From assembly GCA_963813255.1 (NCBI GenBank), contig CAWEYD010000015.1, positions 13,486 through 77,485 of the forward strand: 64,000 nt of DNA, read 5' to 3'. The notes under the pieces are model-generated. The model saw only the letters and a list, made by a program, of their open reading frames with translations, searched no databases and was not told where the DNA came from. Numbering within the stretch: position 1 is the stretch's first letter; every line of letters begins with the position of its first letter. The position numbers and the translations under genes are program-made. The stretch is from an uncultured beta proteobacterium. GTDB taxonomy: Bacteria > Pseudomonadota > Gammaproteobacteria > Burkholderiales > Gallionellaceae. Of the stretch, positions 34,516 to 45,145 are shown one piece after another.

Positions 34516-34980
34516 ATGAACAAGGCATTGAACAAGACACTGAAGATGCTGTTGGCAGGCGTGGTTATGGCCGGACTGTCGGCGGGCGTATATGCGCGCG
34601 GCGGCGAGTGCGGGGACTACGGCTACGGTGAGCATGGCGTGATGATGGGCAAACACCCTGAGCGCATGGAAAAGATGCGGGATGAGCACATGACCGCGCT
34701 GCACGACAAGCTGAAGTTGACCGCCAAGCAGGAAGCCGCCTGGAAGAAGTACGCGGCAAGCAAGCCGATGCAGGATAAGTCATTGCGCATCGACCCGGCC
34801 GAGATGGACAAGCTGAATGCGCCGCAGCGCCTGGAGAAGGGGCTGGAGCATATGCGCGCGATGGAAGCGAAACTGACCGAGCATCTCGCAGCGCTGAAAG
34901 AGTTCTATGCGGTGCTGACTCCCGAACAGCAGAAGACATTCGATGACCAAATGCACAGCGGAAAACGCCGCGGCTGGTAA
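34516..34980 (+). CDS. Spy/CpxP family periplasmic chaperone
   Basis: Signal peptide, LKLTAKQ and VLTPEQQK (LTxxQ) motifs; AGGAG RBS. Confidence 0.85.
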   Translation: MNKALNKTLKMLLAGVVMAGLSAGVYARGGECGDYGYGEHGVMMGKHPERMEKMRDEHMTALHDKLKLTAKQEAAWKKYAASKPMQDKSLRIDPAEMDKLNAPQRLEKGLEHMRAMEAKLTEHLAALKEFYAVLTPEQQKTFDDQMHSGKRRGW

Positions 34981-34986
34981 GCCACT

Positions 34987-35742
34987 TCAGCTCGACTTGC
35001 GGGCAGGTGCGATCATGAACACGGTCGCACCTGTCAGCGCCATCGACCATACGATCGCCGCTCCTGAGGGCAGATCGAACCAGACGGATAGCAGCAGGCC
35101 TGTTGCATATCCGGTGACACCCACCGCGAAAGCGAACAAGTAGCGCCGTTGTGTGCGGCCGAACGTCACCAGCGCGGGCACGATCAGGCTGGAGAACACG
35201 AGGTAGATGCCGACCAGTTGCACCGAGGCGGTGACTGCGACCGCGAACAGGGCGTAGAAGGCGAACTGGTTCTGCCTGTGCTGGACGAAGTGCCATACGG
35301 TCAGCAGGGCTGCGCTCAGCAGGGCGGTGACGGCGAGTTGCGTGTGGCTGACCCACAATATCTGGCCGACCAGCAGGTCTTTCAGATGCTCACCCGCATG
35401 CACATCGCGGCTCATCAGCAGGATACCCAGGCAGGCGGCCAGCACGAAGGTCAGTCCGATGAAGGCTTCCTTCACTTCAGGTGCGCGCCGCTCGATCCAA
35501 GACAGCAGCGCCGCGCCACACAGCGCGCTGACGACTGCGACAAGCTGCACCAGCACCGGATGGTTGGCGAATTCCAGCAAGCTGCCGATGATCACGCCCA
35601 GCCCCGCGATCTGCGCCACCGCGATGTCGGCGAAGATCACGCCACGCTGCAGCACGCGCATGCCGAACGGGATGTGTGTGCTCAGCACGAGCAGGCCGGC
35701 GATGAAGGCGGGCAACAGGATGTCGAGTTCGAGTGTGTTCAT
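34987..35742 (-). CDS. Metal (Zn/Mn) ABC transporter permease
   Basis: Hydrophobic; F.DIAVAQIAGLG, LVGIYLVFSSLIVPA, DLPSGAAIV. Confidence 0.88.
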   Translation of the reverse strand: MNTLELDILLPAFIAGLLVLSTHIPFGMRVLQRGVIFADIAVAQIAGLGVIIGSLLEFANHPVLVQLVAVVSALCGAALLSWIERRAPEVKEAFIGLTFVLAACLGILLMSRDVHAGEHLKDLLVGQILWVSHTQLAVTALLSAALLTVWHFVQHRQNQFAFYALFAVAVTASVQLVGIYLVFSSLIVPALVTFGRTQRRYLFAFAVGVTGYATGLLLSVWFDLPSGAAIVWSMALTGATVFMIAPARKSS

Positions 35743-35762
35743 GGTGATCCCTTAAGCCGTTC

Positions 35763-35875
35763 GTCATTCCGGCGCAGGCCGGAATCCAGTATTAATAAAT
35801 TTCCCCGTAACGCGGGGACAAAACATAACGGCATTATTGATAGAAGCGCTGGATTCCGGCCTGCGCCGGAATGAC
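35763..35875. repeat. REP/dRS3-like inverted repeat doublet
   Basis: GTCATTCCGGCGCAGGCCGGAATCCAG (35763-35789) and its exact 27-bp reverse complement (35849-35875) flank an AT-rich spacer. Confidence 0.85.
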
Positions 35876-35880
35876 AGTGG

Positions 35881-36777
35881 TTACTTCATTCCTGCCAACA
35901 ACTTCGCAACAGTGTCATCGAACAGGCCGAACAGGTCCTTTGCAGCATCGCTGCCGCCCACGGTGAAGGGCAGCTCGACAGCGGTGATGTGAGCGCGCTG
36001 CGCGATCCACTCCGAGGGGCGTGCATCCTGATAGGCGGCGCGCAGCACCATCTTCGCCGGATGCTGCTGCAGCGTTCCCAGCACCTGCGACAGATGTGCG
36101 GCGCTGGGTTCCATGCCGGGCTTGGGCTCCAGCGTGGCTACCTGCTTCAGTCCCAGCCAGTCGTTCAGGTAGGGGAAGCCCTGGTGCTGCACCACGATGG
36201 GCACGCCTCTGAGCGGTGCGGCCTGCTGTTCCCACCTGGTGATCGCGGCGCGCCATTGCTGGGTGAAGGCGGCGAGACGCTGCTGGTAGTCGGCCGTGTT
36301 TTGCGGATCGAGTTGTATCAGGCGCTTGGCGAGCGCGTCGGCGATAGGCAGGAAGCTGCGCGGGTCGGTCTGGATGTGAGGATTGCCCCGGGCGTGCACA
36401 TCACCCTCGGCGCGATCCAGCCGAGTCGGCACTTCCAGCATGTGCACCACCGATGTCGCCTCGAAATATCCGGCGCTGCCGGGTTGTGCCACGTTGTTGC
36501 CGGACTCTCGCAGCACCACGGGCAGCCATGCCACCTCCAGTTCCGCGCCGGTGCACACCACCAGATCGGAGCGGCGTGCCTTGGCGATCAGGCTGGGACG
36601 TGCCTCGATGCGGTGCGGATCCTGCAACGCGCCGGTGGCGGTATAGATGCTCGCCTTGTCACCCGCCAGCTGTTGCGTGAGCGCGGCCCATTCCGGCTCG
36701 CAGGCGAACACGTTGAGCGCAGCTTGGGCGGCGCTGCTGAGCAGTGACAGCAAAAGTACAGAGATAATCCGGTTCAT
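35881..36777 (-). CDS. Metal ABC transporter substrate-binding protein (ZnuA/TroA family)
   Basis: QDPH, GAELE..WL, GDVHARGNPHIQTDP, EPKPG. Confidence 0.93.
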   Translation of the reverse strand: MNRIISVLLLSLLSSAAQAALNVFACEPEWAALTQQLAGDKASIYTATGALQDPHRIEARPSLIAKARRSDLVVCTGAELEVAWLPVVLRESGNNVAQPGSAGYFEATSVVHMLEVPTRLDRAEGDVHARGNPHIQTDPRSFLPIADALAKRLIQLDPQNTADYQQRLAAFTQQWRAAITRWEQQAAPLRGVPIVVQHQGFPYLNDWLGLKQVATLEPKPGMEPSAAHLSQVLGTLQQHPAKMVLRAAYQDARPSEWIAQRAHITAVELPFTVGGSDAAKDLFGLFDDTVAKLLAGMK

Positions 36778-36786
36778 GTTCTGCTC

Positions 36787-38001
36787 CTAGTAGCTGTGCG
36801 CGCCATGCGCGCCCAGGCTCATGATGTACTGCACGAAGATCTGGTTGTCAGCCAAGTTTTGCCGTGTCGCATCGCGCGCCAGTTGCAGTCGCAGGCGCGA
36901 GAATTCGCTGGGGCTGTAGTCCAGCATCCAGCTGATGCGCGACGGGTTGTAGGCATAGTCGCTGATGACATTCCGGATGTTCGCGACACCCACCTGTGCG
37001 ATGCCGGGAGCTAGCCTGTCATAGCGCAAGCCGCTGCGCCAGCGCGGCATGAACTGGTAAACGCTCTGCACATACCAGCCGCCTTGCTTCACGCTGAAGC
37101 TGCTAGGGGTGTTCGCCCCGCCGACCGTCGCGTTGTAGATCAGGTCGCCGCTTTCCTTGCGCTGGAAAAATTCCCCCTGCACTTTCAGGTAGCGCTCGCG
37201 GATGTTGCCGTTGGGGGCATATTTCCATATGAGATCCAGACCTGCGGTCCGGCTGTCGCCGCTGTAGCTGTTGCTCACGCCGCCCGCCGTATTGGGCAGG
37301 TCAGGGACAGCGGTGCTGACTCTGTCGACTGCGCGTGTCTGGTGCAGCGATGCGCCGATGCGCCAGCTCTGGTCGATGCCGATGTCGTCGCCGAGATGTG
37401 CGAACAGCACGCCTGCGCCGCTGCCGTTCTTCGCCGTATCCGTGCCGGGGAAGCTGCGTCCCTTGCCGACCTCACCGCCTACCTCGACGAACATGTCGGT
37501 AGGTGCCAGCCACTTCAGTTGCACGCCATCTTCGCCCAGCTGGTTGTTCCAAAGGGTGGCATACACTAGCGGCTGGTCGACGAAATCCCAGGCATGAGCG
37601 TGCTGCTCGTTGAGATAACCGAGGCCGGAAAAGAAACGGCCGAACTTGAGGTTGAGCCCGTCGCCCAGTGAGGTGGTTTGCACAAAGGCGTTCTCCACAC
37701 TGATGCCGCCGGCGGGGCTGAGTGCCAGCGTGGCGACGCCTCGATATTCCGGATCGATGTTGGCGGAGATGCCCATCTCCGATTCGCCCAAGTTGAAGCC
37801 CTGCGCATGTCCCGGATTGGGGTTCATGGCGAAACCGGTGGCGGGCAGCGCAGGGTCGCGCTGCAGGTTGCCATAGGTGCCTGACAGGATGAGGGAAAAG
37901 GCGGGATTGAAGGCGTTCTCGCTGCCTGTTTCGGCAGCGGCATGGACAGCGTGGCTCAGCATTACGGCGACGGCTGTTGTCGAACAGATATTCTTGAACA
38001 A
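36787..38001 (-). CDS. Outer-membrane beta-barrel metal-uptake protein
   Basis: TTG start with AGGAG RBS; NEQHAHAWDFVD, PSEFSRLRLQ, C-terminal LGAHGAHSY. Confidence 0.82.
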   Translation of the reverse strand: MFKNICSTTAVAVMLSHAVHAAAETGSENAFNPAFSLILSGTYGNLQRDPALPATGFAMNPNPGHAQGFNLGESEMGISANIDPEYRGVATLALSPAGGISVENAFVQTTSLGDGLNLKFGRFFSGLGYLNEQHAHAWDFVDQPLVYATLWNNQLGEDGVQLKWLAPTDMFVEVGGEVGKGRSFPGTDTAKNGSGAGVLFAHLGDDIGIDQSWRIGASLHQTRAVDRVSTAVPDLPNTAGGVSNSYSGDSRTAGLDLIWKYAPNGNIRERYLKVQGEFFQRKESGDLIYNATVGGANTPSSFSVKQGGWYVQSVYQFMPRWRSGLRYDRLAPGIAQVGVANIRNVISDYAYNPSRISWMLDYSPSEFSRLRLQLARDATRQNLADNQIFVQYIMSLGAHGAHSY

Positions 38002-38065
38002 GGGTTACTCCTGATGAAGCACACAAAACCACGCAGTGCGGAGATGTAGAAGACTAGCGAATACG

Positions 38066-38936
38066 CTATTCCGCCTCAAGCTGGTCATTAGTGGTGAACA
38101 TCCAGGTGCGGGTGATGCTCAGCACGTCGATCTCCTTGCGGATGTCCGGCGGGAAAGGGGGCATAAGGTGCGGCCAGTCTGACGATGCGCATGGCAGCGG
38201 CATCGAGGATGCGCTGCCCCGACGAGTTGTTGACCTCCACGCTCTCAACGCTGCCGTCCGCGCGGATATTCACGGTGAGCTGCAGCTTGCCGTGCAGCTT
38301 CTGGCGGCGCGCAACTTCCGGGTAGTTGAGGTTGCCGATGCGTTCCACCTTGCCGCGCCAGTCTTCCACGTATTGGGCGTAGCGGTATTCCTGGGTGCGT
38401 GCACCGATGAATTTGCGCTTGGGCATCTTTTCATACAACGAGAGGTTCTTGTTGATCTCGGCTTCCAGGCGGGCGATCTCCAGGGAGCGCTGCACCAGGT
38501 CCTGTCCGCTGAGCGTGCTGTCCACTTTCTGCGGGACATCGTCTCTCTGGTCGATGCGGTAAGTGCTGGTCTTTTGCGTGAGCAGGCGTTTGATCTCCTG
38601 CTCCAGCGATTTAACGCGTTGCGTGGCCTGTTCCGGCGTGAACCGGCTGTCATTGCCCAGCACGGGGAAGGGCGACCCGGCATGGCGATCCTCTTCGACG
38701 TTGCCGCCGCCATCCAGGTTGTTCTGCGCGTAGGCGCTGGCGGAACTGGGGCGCGAGCGCGATTTGGCGTTGACCAGGGTGACTTCCAGCGGCTCCAGCT
38801 TCTTCTGAAGATTGCGCGCGTCGGGCAGCGTGAAGCTGATGCCGAACAGCACGAAAGCGTGCAGCGCGACAGAGAATGCGGTCGCGAATGCGACGCGTTC
38901 TTTCATCAGCAGCGCTCCGACCAGAAGTCTTTTCAT
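38066..38936 (-). CDS. Energy transducer TonB family protein, frameshifted near 38160
   Basis: N-terminal TM SVALH, VERIGNLNYP, SSGQRILDAAA. C-terminus PFPPDIRKEIDVLSITRTW lies in an alternate frame ending at 38066. Confidence 0.87.
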
Positions 38937-40786
38937 GCGTCCTCTTGGGCGCTTGGCAGATAGCGCGAATCGAAGTTAAGGTCGAGCAGATCGATGGAGG
39001 CTATCTCCAATGTCACCTTGGTGTTGGGCTGTATCTCAGGCGGCAGCGAGGGGATGCGCCCGACCAGCGGGATGTCCACGAACTTGACCAGATTCTCGCG
39101 CAGTACCAGCGCCTCGGCCTGCTTCACGTCCTCCTGCAGCAGCCAGCGCAGGCACCAGTAGCGTTCCATGTTGCGCTGGAACTCGTTGTAAGTGGTGTAG
39201 GCAGTGTCGAAGTCGCGCAGGATGGCGAACAGCGCGGTGTCGTTCTTGGTATAGGCCGGCGTTTCTTCGCGCAACACGCTGATGAGCTGGCGCTGGTTCA
39301 CCAAGTCGACGTAGCGGCGCAGCGGCGAGCTGGACCAGGCGTAGTGAGATACGCCCAAGCCCTGGTGCGGTGCCGCGACGGTGCTCATCTTCACCTTGCC
39401 GTTGTTCTGGGTGCGGTAGATGCCGGACACCTTGTGGTCATCCAGCAGTTTTCCCCAGGTGCTGTTGGCGAGGATCATCAGTTCCGACACCACCTTGTCG
39501 ATGGGCGCGCCGCGCATGCGGTGGCCGATGGTGATGCGGTCGTCCTTGACGTCGAAGGTGTAGTCGATCTGCTGGGTACTGTTGTCGGCAGATTTGCCGC
39601 GCGCCGCTTCCAGCTTGTTCGCGAAGTCCCACAGCAGTCTGAGTTCGGGCGCGTAGGCGTAATCCAGCTTGCCCGCGGCCAGCGTCGCGTCGTTGAACAG
39701 CGGCTCCAGCGTGTCGTGTCGCAGGTTGGCGGCAATATGCAGGCGCTCGATGCGGCTCTCGCTGCCCAATACTGCCAACGTTTCCCCATCCACTTCCACG
39801 TACAGCGAGAGTGCAGGGCAGACCTTGTCGGCACACAGCGTGAAGGCTTGCACCACGTTGTCCGGCAGCATGGTGATCTTGTCTCCGGGCATGTACACTG
39901 TGGACATGCGCTGCGCCGCGATGGCGTCGATCGGCGTGTTCGGTGGAATGCACAAGGCAGGCGCTGCGATGTGGATGCCGACGCGCCAGTTGCCGCTTGC
40001 CAGTTTTTCCAGCGAGAACGCATCGTCGATCTCGGTGGTGTTGGCGTCGTCGATGCTGAAGGCGGTGACAGCGGCCAGCGGCAGCTCGGGATGCTCGTCC
40101 ACCGTCACTTCGGGGAAACCGGTGCCGCGCGGAAAGTTCTCGAACAGGAATTTGTTCAGGTGGTAATCGTGCGTGGAAGGCAGTGCGCCACAGCGTTCCA
40201 GCAGGTGCGCGGTCGACAGGTGCGTAGCGGCGCAGGCCGCTTCCAGCGCTTTGACCTCGATGGTGTTGCGGTCCGGCTGGTACAGGACCATGGTCAGTTT
40301 GTCGGCAAATTCGGCAGGCAGCTGGAAGCCGCTGAGCTGCTCCGTGTAACGCGCTTGCAGCTCTGCTTGCAGGCGCTTCTTTTCGGCGCTGGCGAGTGCC
40401 GATTTCAGCGCATCGGGGGGAGCCGCCTTGTAGCGGCCTTTGCCCTTCTTGTAGAAGTGCATGGGCGAGCCATGCAGGCGGATCAATGCCCCCGCTGCCT
40501 CTATGGGGGTGGGCGGATGGCCGAAATACTCCTGCGCCAGCGTGTCGAAGCCAAATTCTTCGGGCGGCGAGGCCTCCCACAGGAAATCCAGGTCGATACT
40601 GGCGGCGACCTGCTCTGCCTGCGTCATGAACTCGCTCAGGCCGGGCTGGGCGAAACGCAGCATCACGTTGGCCGATTTGATCTTGCTGCGCTTGCCGTGG
40701 GTGTTCTCGACCTGCAGGGAGGTGGTGTTGTCGGTGAGGATGCTGCCTACCTTGAAACCGCCGTCTTCTTCGTAAAATATGTTCAT
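38933..40786 (-). CDS. Ribonuclease II/RNB family exoribonuclease
   Basis: FSIDDANTTEIDDAFS, HIA, ELMILAN, SSPLRRYVDLVNQRQ. Confidence 0.93.
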   Translation of the reverse strand: MNIFYEEDGGFKVGSILTDNTTSLQVENTHGKRSKIKSANVMLRFAQPGLSEFMTQAEQVAASIDLDFLWEASPPEEFGFDTLAQEYFGHPPTPIEAAGALIRLHGSPMHFYKKGKGRYKAAPPDALKSALASAEKKRLQAELQARYTEQLSGFQLPAEFADKLTMVLYQPDRNTIEVKALEAACAATHLSTAHLLERCGALPSTHDYHLNKFLFENFPRGTGFPEVTVDEHPELPLAAVTAFSIDDANTTEIDDAFSLEKLASGNWRVGIHIAAPALCIPPNTPIDAIAAQRMSTVYMPGDKITMLPDNVVQAFTLCADKVCPALSLYVEVDGETLAVLGSESRIERLHIAANLRHDTLEPLFNDATLAAGKLDYAYAPELRLLWDFANKLEAARGKSADNSTQQIDYTFDVKDDRITIGHRMRGAPIDKVVSELMILANSTWGKLLDDHKVSGIYRTQNNGKVKMSTVAAPHQGLGVSHYAWSSSPLRRYVDLVNQRQLISVLREETPAYTKNDTALFAILRDFDTAYTTYNEFQRNMERYWCLRWLLQEDVKQAEALVLRENLVKFVDIPLVGRIPSLPPEIQPNTKVTLEIASIDLLDLNFDSRYLPSAQEDA

Positions 40787-40915
40787 TGGGTGGGACTGAA
40801 AAAAATCGGGCGGATTATAACCCGAGCATCTGATGCAGAACTTCGTTCATGTTAATCTGTCTGTGCACTCGCCCCGGGATAAAGGCGGGTACTTCAACCA
40901 TCAAGGAGAGAGACG

Positions 40916-41401
40916 ATGAAGGCATTTTCCAAACTGATCGTGGCAGGCTGCCTGCTATGCGCTGCACCGCTGGTGCAGGCTTGCGACGTCAAACATCGCG
41001 GCGAGTGCGCCGGCGGCATGTTCAAAGAGATGGACAAGAACGGCGACGGGGCGATCAGCAAGAAGGAGTTCGATGCGTTCCACAGTGCGCATTTCAAGGA
41101 GCTGGACACCAATAAAGACGGCAAGATCACTCAGGATGAGCTGGATGCCGTGCATGACAAGATGATGGAGCGGGGCAAGGAGCGCTTCCAGGACCGTTTC
41201 GATGCGACCGACATCAATCATGACGGCGCTTTGAGCAAGGACGAGGCCGAGATCGGCATGCCGATGCTGTTCGCGCATTTCGACGAGATCGACACGAACA
41301 AGGACGGCAAGATCAGCAAGGAAGAAGTGGCTGCCTACATGAAGACGATGCACGAAAGGATGCCGGGGAAACATGGCGCAGGGATGATGCCCCGCGAATA
41401 A
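40916..41401 (+). CDS. Secreted EF-hand protein
   Basis: Signal peptide and four DxNxDGxIS/T-type loops. Confidence 0.88.
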   Translation: MKAFSKLIVAGCLLCAAPLVQACDVKHRGECAGGMFKEMDKNGDGAISKKEFDAFHSAHFKELDTNKDGKITQDELDAVHDKMMERGKERFQDRFDATDINHDGALSKDEAEIGMPMLFAHFDEIDTNKDGKISKEEVAAYMKTMHERMPGKHGAGMMPRE

Positions 41402-41427
41402 ACCACGCTAGCAGTCAGCACAAACAA

Positions 41428-41453
41428 AACAGGCCAGCGTCAGCTGGCCTGTT
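41428..41453. terminator. Bidirectional intrinsic terminator
   Basis: AACAGGCCAGC-gtca-GCTGGCCTGTT between convergent genes. Confidence 0.7.
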
Positions 41454-41476
41454 GGTTTTCAACGACTACAAAACGC

Positions 41477-41794
41477 TTACTTGGTGGCGAGGATCGCGTC
41501 TACCATGGTCTTGATATCGCCGTCGTTGACCTTGGCGGGAGTGGCCGGCATCGCCATGGCGCCGAAGCTGCCGGAACCACCCTTGCGGACTTTTGCCGCC
41601 AGCTTGTCGGCGGCAGCTGCATCGCCCTTGTACTTCTCTGCGATCGCCTTCAGAGCCGGGCCGACGGTCTTCTTCTCGGTCTGGTGGCAAGTGCCGCAAT
41701 TGTGCTTCTTCAGCAATGCTGCGCCATCATCGGCGAGGGCGTTGCCTGCCAAAAGCATACTGGCAGCAAGGACGAACATAAAACGGGTACTCAT
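41477..41794 (-). CDS. Class I monoheme cytochrome c (c551/c552)
   Basis: Signal peptide ..ALA, CGTCH, KTVGP, distal Met in AMAMP. It is the C-terminal part of ORF 41477-42688. Confidence 0.93.
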   Translation of the reverse strand: MSTRFMFVLAASMLLAGNALADDGAALLKKHNCGTCHQTEKKTVGPALKAIAEKYKGDAAAADKLAAKVRKGGSGSFGAMAMPATPAKVNDGDIKTMVDAILATK

Positions 41795-41995
41795 GATGTG
41801 CTCCTTTAGGTTGAGAAAAATCGTTATGCCTGGATTGTGAAAAATTCGTGATGATTGGCTCGTGGTTGCAGATTGCTGCGTTTCGCGGAGTAAGTCAATT
41901 ACCCCATGGGATAGCTTGAGCGGATAGGGTGAGTATTTTGGTCCGGATGCACGGGATGGTAACATCGGCCTTATTTTGTATGGCAGGGAAGAATC

Positions 41996-42721
41996 ATGGC
42001 AGGACACAGTAAATGGGCGAACATCCAGCACCGCAAGGGGCGTCAGGATGCCAAGCGCGGTCAGATATTCACGCGCCTTATCAAAGAGATCACCGTTGCG
42101 GCCAAGCTGGGCGGCAGCGATCCAGACATCAATCCGCGCCTGCGCCTGGCGATGGAAAAGGCCTATGACCAGAACATGCCCAAGGACAACGTCGAGCGCG
42201 CTATCAAGCGCGGCGCTGGCGAGATGGAAGGCGTGGACTACATGGAGTTGCGTTACGAAGGCTACGGCATCAACGGCGCGGCGGTGATGGTGGATTGCCT
42301 GACCGACAACAAGACGCGCACTGTGGCAGATGTGCGCCATGCCTTTACCAAATACGGCGGCAACCTCGGCACCGACGGGTCGGTGTCGTTCCTGTTCAAA
42401 CATTGCGGCCAGATGATCTTCGCGCCCGGAACTGACGAGAACGCGCTGATGGAAGTGGCGCTGGACGCTGGGGCCGAAGACATTGTGAACAACGACGACG
42501 GCAGTATCGAAGTCATCACTGCGCCCAACGACTTTGTGACGGTGAAGCAGCGCCTGGAAGCGGCAGGCTTTAAGCCGGAGATGGGCGAAGTCACCATGAA
42601 GGCGGAGACAGAAGTGTCGTTCACCGGCGATGATGCGGTGAAGATGCAGAAGTTGTTGGATGCGCTGGAAGATGTGGGGGACGTGCAAGAGGTCTATACC
42701 ACGGCGGTGATCGAAGAGTAA
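41996..42721 (+). CDS. yebC: YebC/PmpR family protein
   Basis: [26 protein letters not shown]. Confidence 0.96.
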   Translation: MAGHSKWANIQHRKGRQDAKRGQIFTRLIKEITVAAKLGGSDPDINPRLRLAMEKAYDQNMPKDNVERAIKRGAGEMEGVDYMELRYEGYGINGAAVMVDCLTDNKTRTVADVRHAFTKYGGNLGTDGSVSFLFKHCGQMIFAPGTDENALMEVALDAGAEDIVNNDDGSIEVITAPNDFVTVKQRLEAAGFKPEMGEVTMKAETEVSFTGDDAVKMQKLLDALEDVGDVQEVYTTAVIEE

Positions 42722-43239
42722 TGCGCATTCTCGGCATCGACCCCGGCCTGCGTATCACAGGGTTCGGTGTGCTCGACAAGGAAGGTCAGCAGTTGCACTA
42801 CGTTGCCAGCGGCTGCATCAAGACGCCGGATGGTGAATTGCCAGAACGCCTGAAGGTCATCCTGAGTTCGTTGGGCGAGGTCATCGCGCAGCACCAGCCC
42901 GAACTGGTGGCAGTGGAGAAAGTGTTCGTCAACGTGAACCCGCAATCCACTTTGCTTCTCGGCCAGGCGCGCGGCGCTGCCATTTGCGCGGCGGTGCAGG
43001 CCGATCTGCCGGTAGCGGAATACACTGCATTGCAGGTGAAGCAGGCGGTGGTCGGCAACGGCCACGCCGACAAGGAACAGGTGCAGGCGATGGTGCGGCG
43101 GCTGCTGCAACTGTCCGGGACGCCCAGTCCGGATGCTGCGGATGCCCTGGCCTGCGCCATCTGCCACGCGCATGGCGGCATGGGGCTGGGGGCGCTGGCG
43201 ACCAAAGGTTTTCGTGTACGAGGGGGAAGACTGGTATGA
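42721..43239 (+). CDS. ruvC: Holliday junction resolvase
   Basis: ILGIDPG, VEKVF, G.A.KEQV, DAADALA. Confidence 0.97.
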   Translation: MRILGIDPGLRITGFGVLDKEGQQLHYVASGCIKTPDGELPERLKVILSSLGEVIAQHQPELVAVEKVFVNVNPQSTLLLGQARGAAICAAVQADLPVAEYTALQVKQAVVGNGHADKEQVQAMVRRLLQLSGTPSPDAADALACAICHAHGGMGLGALATKGFRVRGGRLV

Positions 43240-44174
43240 CGCAACCGATGGAACCGACACTCGCGGCATTCTCCAATCCAATCGCCCGCTACTTCGCTGC
43301 GACCCGTCCCGCCTTTCTTACGGCGGCGCTGATGGCCTGTATGGTCGGCTTCGCCAGTGCATGGCACGACGGCCTTGCCTTCGATGTTTCGCTGGTACTC
43401 GTCACTCTGTTGTTCGCACTGCTGGCACATGCCGGGGCGAACGTGCTCAATGATTACTACGATGCGCTCAACGGCACCGATGAGCGGAACACCGAGCGCG
43501 TCTTCCCGTTCACGGGCGGCAGCCGCTTCATCCAGAACGGCGTGTTGACGCGGGCGCAGACGCGCAACTTCGGTTTCGCACTGATGGCGTGCGTGGCCGC
43601 TGCAGGACTGTGGCTGATGGCGCGATCCGCGCCGCAGTTATTGTATGTGGGCCTGGCCGGCCTGTTCATCGGCTGGGCCTATTCCGCGCCGCCGTTCAGG
43701 CTCAACAGTCGCGGTTTGGGGGAACTGTGCGTGGCGGCAGGCTTCCTCGCCATCGTCGTCGGCACGGATTTCGTGCAGCGCAAAGGTTTTGCTGCTGCGC
43801 CCTTCATTGCCGGGCTGTCCTATGCGTTGCTGGCAACCAACCTGTTGTACATCAACCAGTTCCCGGACCGAACTGCGGACATGGCGGCGGGCAAGCTGCA
43901 TTGGGTGGCGCGGCTCTCCGTACGGCAGGCGCGCTGGGGCTATGTGCTGATAGTTGCGCTGGTTTATATGTGGGTGCTGGTGAGCGTGGCAGTAGGCTCG
44001 TTGCCGCTGCTCGCACTGATCGTGTGGTTCGCGCTGCCATTGAGTGTGCAAGCCGCGCGCCTGTTGTTGCGCCATGCGGTGCAGCCGCGACAATTGGGCG
44101 ATGCGATCAAGCTGACCATCGCTGCGATGCTGGCGCACGGGGCGCTGCTGTCGCTGGCGTTGATTATCAGTTAA
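43236..44174 (+). CDS. UbiA-family prenyltransferase (MenA-like)
   Basis: [39 protein letters not shown]; multiple TMs. Confidence 0.88.
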   Translation: MTQPMEPTLAAFSNPIARYFAATRPAFLTAALMACMVGFASAWHDGLAFDVSLVLVTLLFALLAHAGANVLNDYYDALNGTDERNTERVFPFTGGSRFIQNGVLTRAQTRNFGFALMACVAAAGLWLMARSAPQLLYVGLAGLFIGWAYSAPPFRLNSRGLGELCVAAGFLAIVVGTDFVQRKGFAAAPFIAGLSYALLATNLLYINQFPDRTADMAAGKLHWVARLSVRQARWGYVLIVALVYMWVLVSVAVGSLPLLALIVWFALPLSVQAARLLLRHAVQPRQLGDAIKLTIAAMLAHGALLSLALIIS

Positions 44175-44180
44175 TTCCTT

Positions 44181-44567
44181 ATGGACGAGGATGCATCCTT
44201 TGACAAGCTGATAGAGATCATTCGGGAGTGTCAGGGTTTCTCGGCACAATATGAAATCTCTGCCGACATGTTGCTTGAGCGAGACTTGGGTATCACTGGT
44301 GACGATGGGTGTGAGCTGCTTGAAGCAATCGAACAGACCTTTGGCATGTCATTTTTGGGCACAGACGGAACGCTCAAAGAAACGTTCAAGCTAGCGGAGG
44401 GTGAATATCTATTTCACAGCGAGGGATTCTCACTATTTGGCTTCATTGCAACCTTGCTTGGAAAAGATACAGAAAAGGTAAAGCCGCTGACAGTAGGTCA
44501 ATTATATGAAGCAGTATTGGCATCGAAACTTAGAAACAACGACCAAATAACCAAGGGAAATACATGA
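44181..44567 (+). CDS. Hypothetical protein with ACP-like fold (DUF1493-like)
   Basis: [30 protein letters not shown]; visibly lower GC than its neighbours. Confidence 0.65.
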   Translation: MDEDASFDKLIEIIRECQGFSAQYEISADMLLERDLGITGDDGCELLEAIEQTFGMSFLGTDGTLKETFKLAEGEYLFHSEGFSLFGFIATLLGKDTEKVKPLTVGQLYEAVLASKLRNNDQITKGNT

Positions 44568-45145
44568 TAGGAAGACTGAGCGGCACGCTGCTGGAAAAGA
44601 ATCCGCCGCAGATATTGCTGGATGTGCAGGGCGTGGGCTACGAGGTGGATGTGCCGATGAGCACCTTCTACAACCTGCCTGCCTTGAATGAGAAAGTGGT
44701 GCTGCACACGCAGCTCATCGTGCGCGAGGATGCGCATCTGCTGTTCGGTTTCCTGACGCATGAAGAGCGCATCGCCTTCCGCCAGTTGCTGAAGATCAGC
44801 GGCGTCGGTCCCAAGCTAGCATTGTCTGTTCTGTCCGGCCTGAGCCTGGGCGATCTCGCAGTGGCGGTGGCGAACAAGGATGCAACGCGCCTGACCAAGA
44901 TCCCAGGCGTGGGCAAGAAGACCGCCGAGCGCTTGTTGCTGGAGCTGCAGGGCAAGTTCGAGGTGACAGGTGCCGGGACAGTACAAGGCGCTCACGCCGC
45001 ATCGTCCGGCAGCGACATCGTCAATGCTCTGCTGGCGCTGGGCTACAACGAGAAGGAAGCTGACTGGGCTGCCAAGCAGTTGCCAAAAGACGCTGGGGTC
45101 TCAGACGGCATCCGCCAGGCGCTTAAGTTATTATCCAAGGCATGA
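44564..45145 (+). CDS. ruvA: Holliday junction branch migration protein RuvA
   Basis: GVGYEV, VREDA..LFGF, two HhH motifs GVGPK and GVGKKTAER. Confidence 0.97.
   Translation: MIGRLSGTLLEKNPPQILLDVQGVGYEVDVPMSTFYNLPALNEKVVLHTQLIVREDAHLLFGFLTHEERIAFRQLLKISGVGPKLALSVLSGLSLGDLAVAVANKDATRLTKIPGVGKKTAERLLLELQGKFEVTGAGTVQGAHAASSGSDIVNALLALGYNEKEADWAAKQLPKDAGVSDGIRQALKLLSKA

Noticed and set aside
38001-38066. Zur/Fur box upstream of the metal uptake genes
   Set aside because: No convincing palindrome matching either consensus.
41477-42688. 403-aa ORF ending in a cytochrome c domain
   Set aside because: The long N-terminal part is the antisense shadow of yebC. The real gene starts at 41794 with its own RBS and signal peptide.
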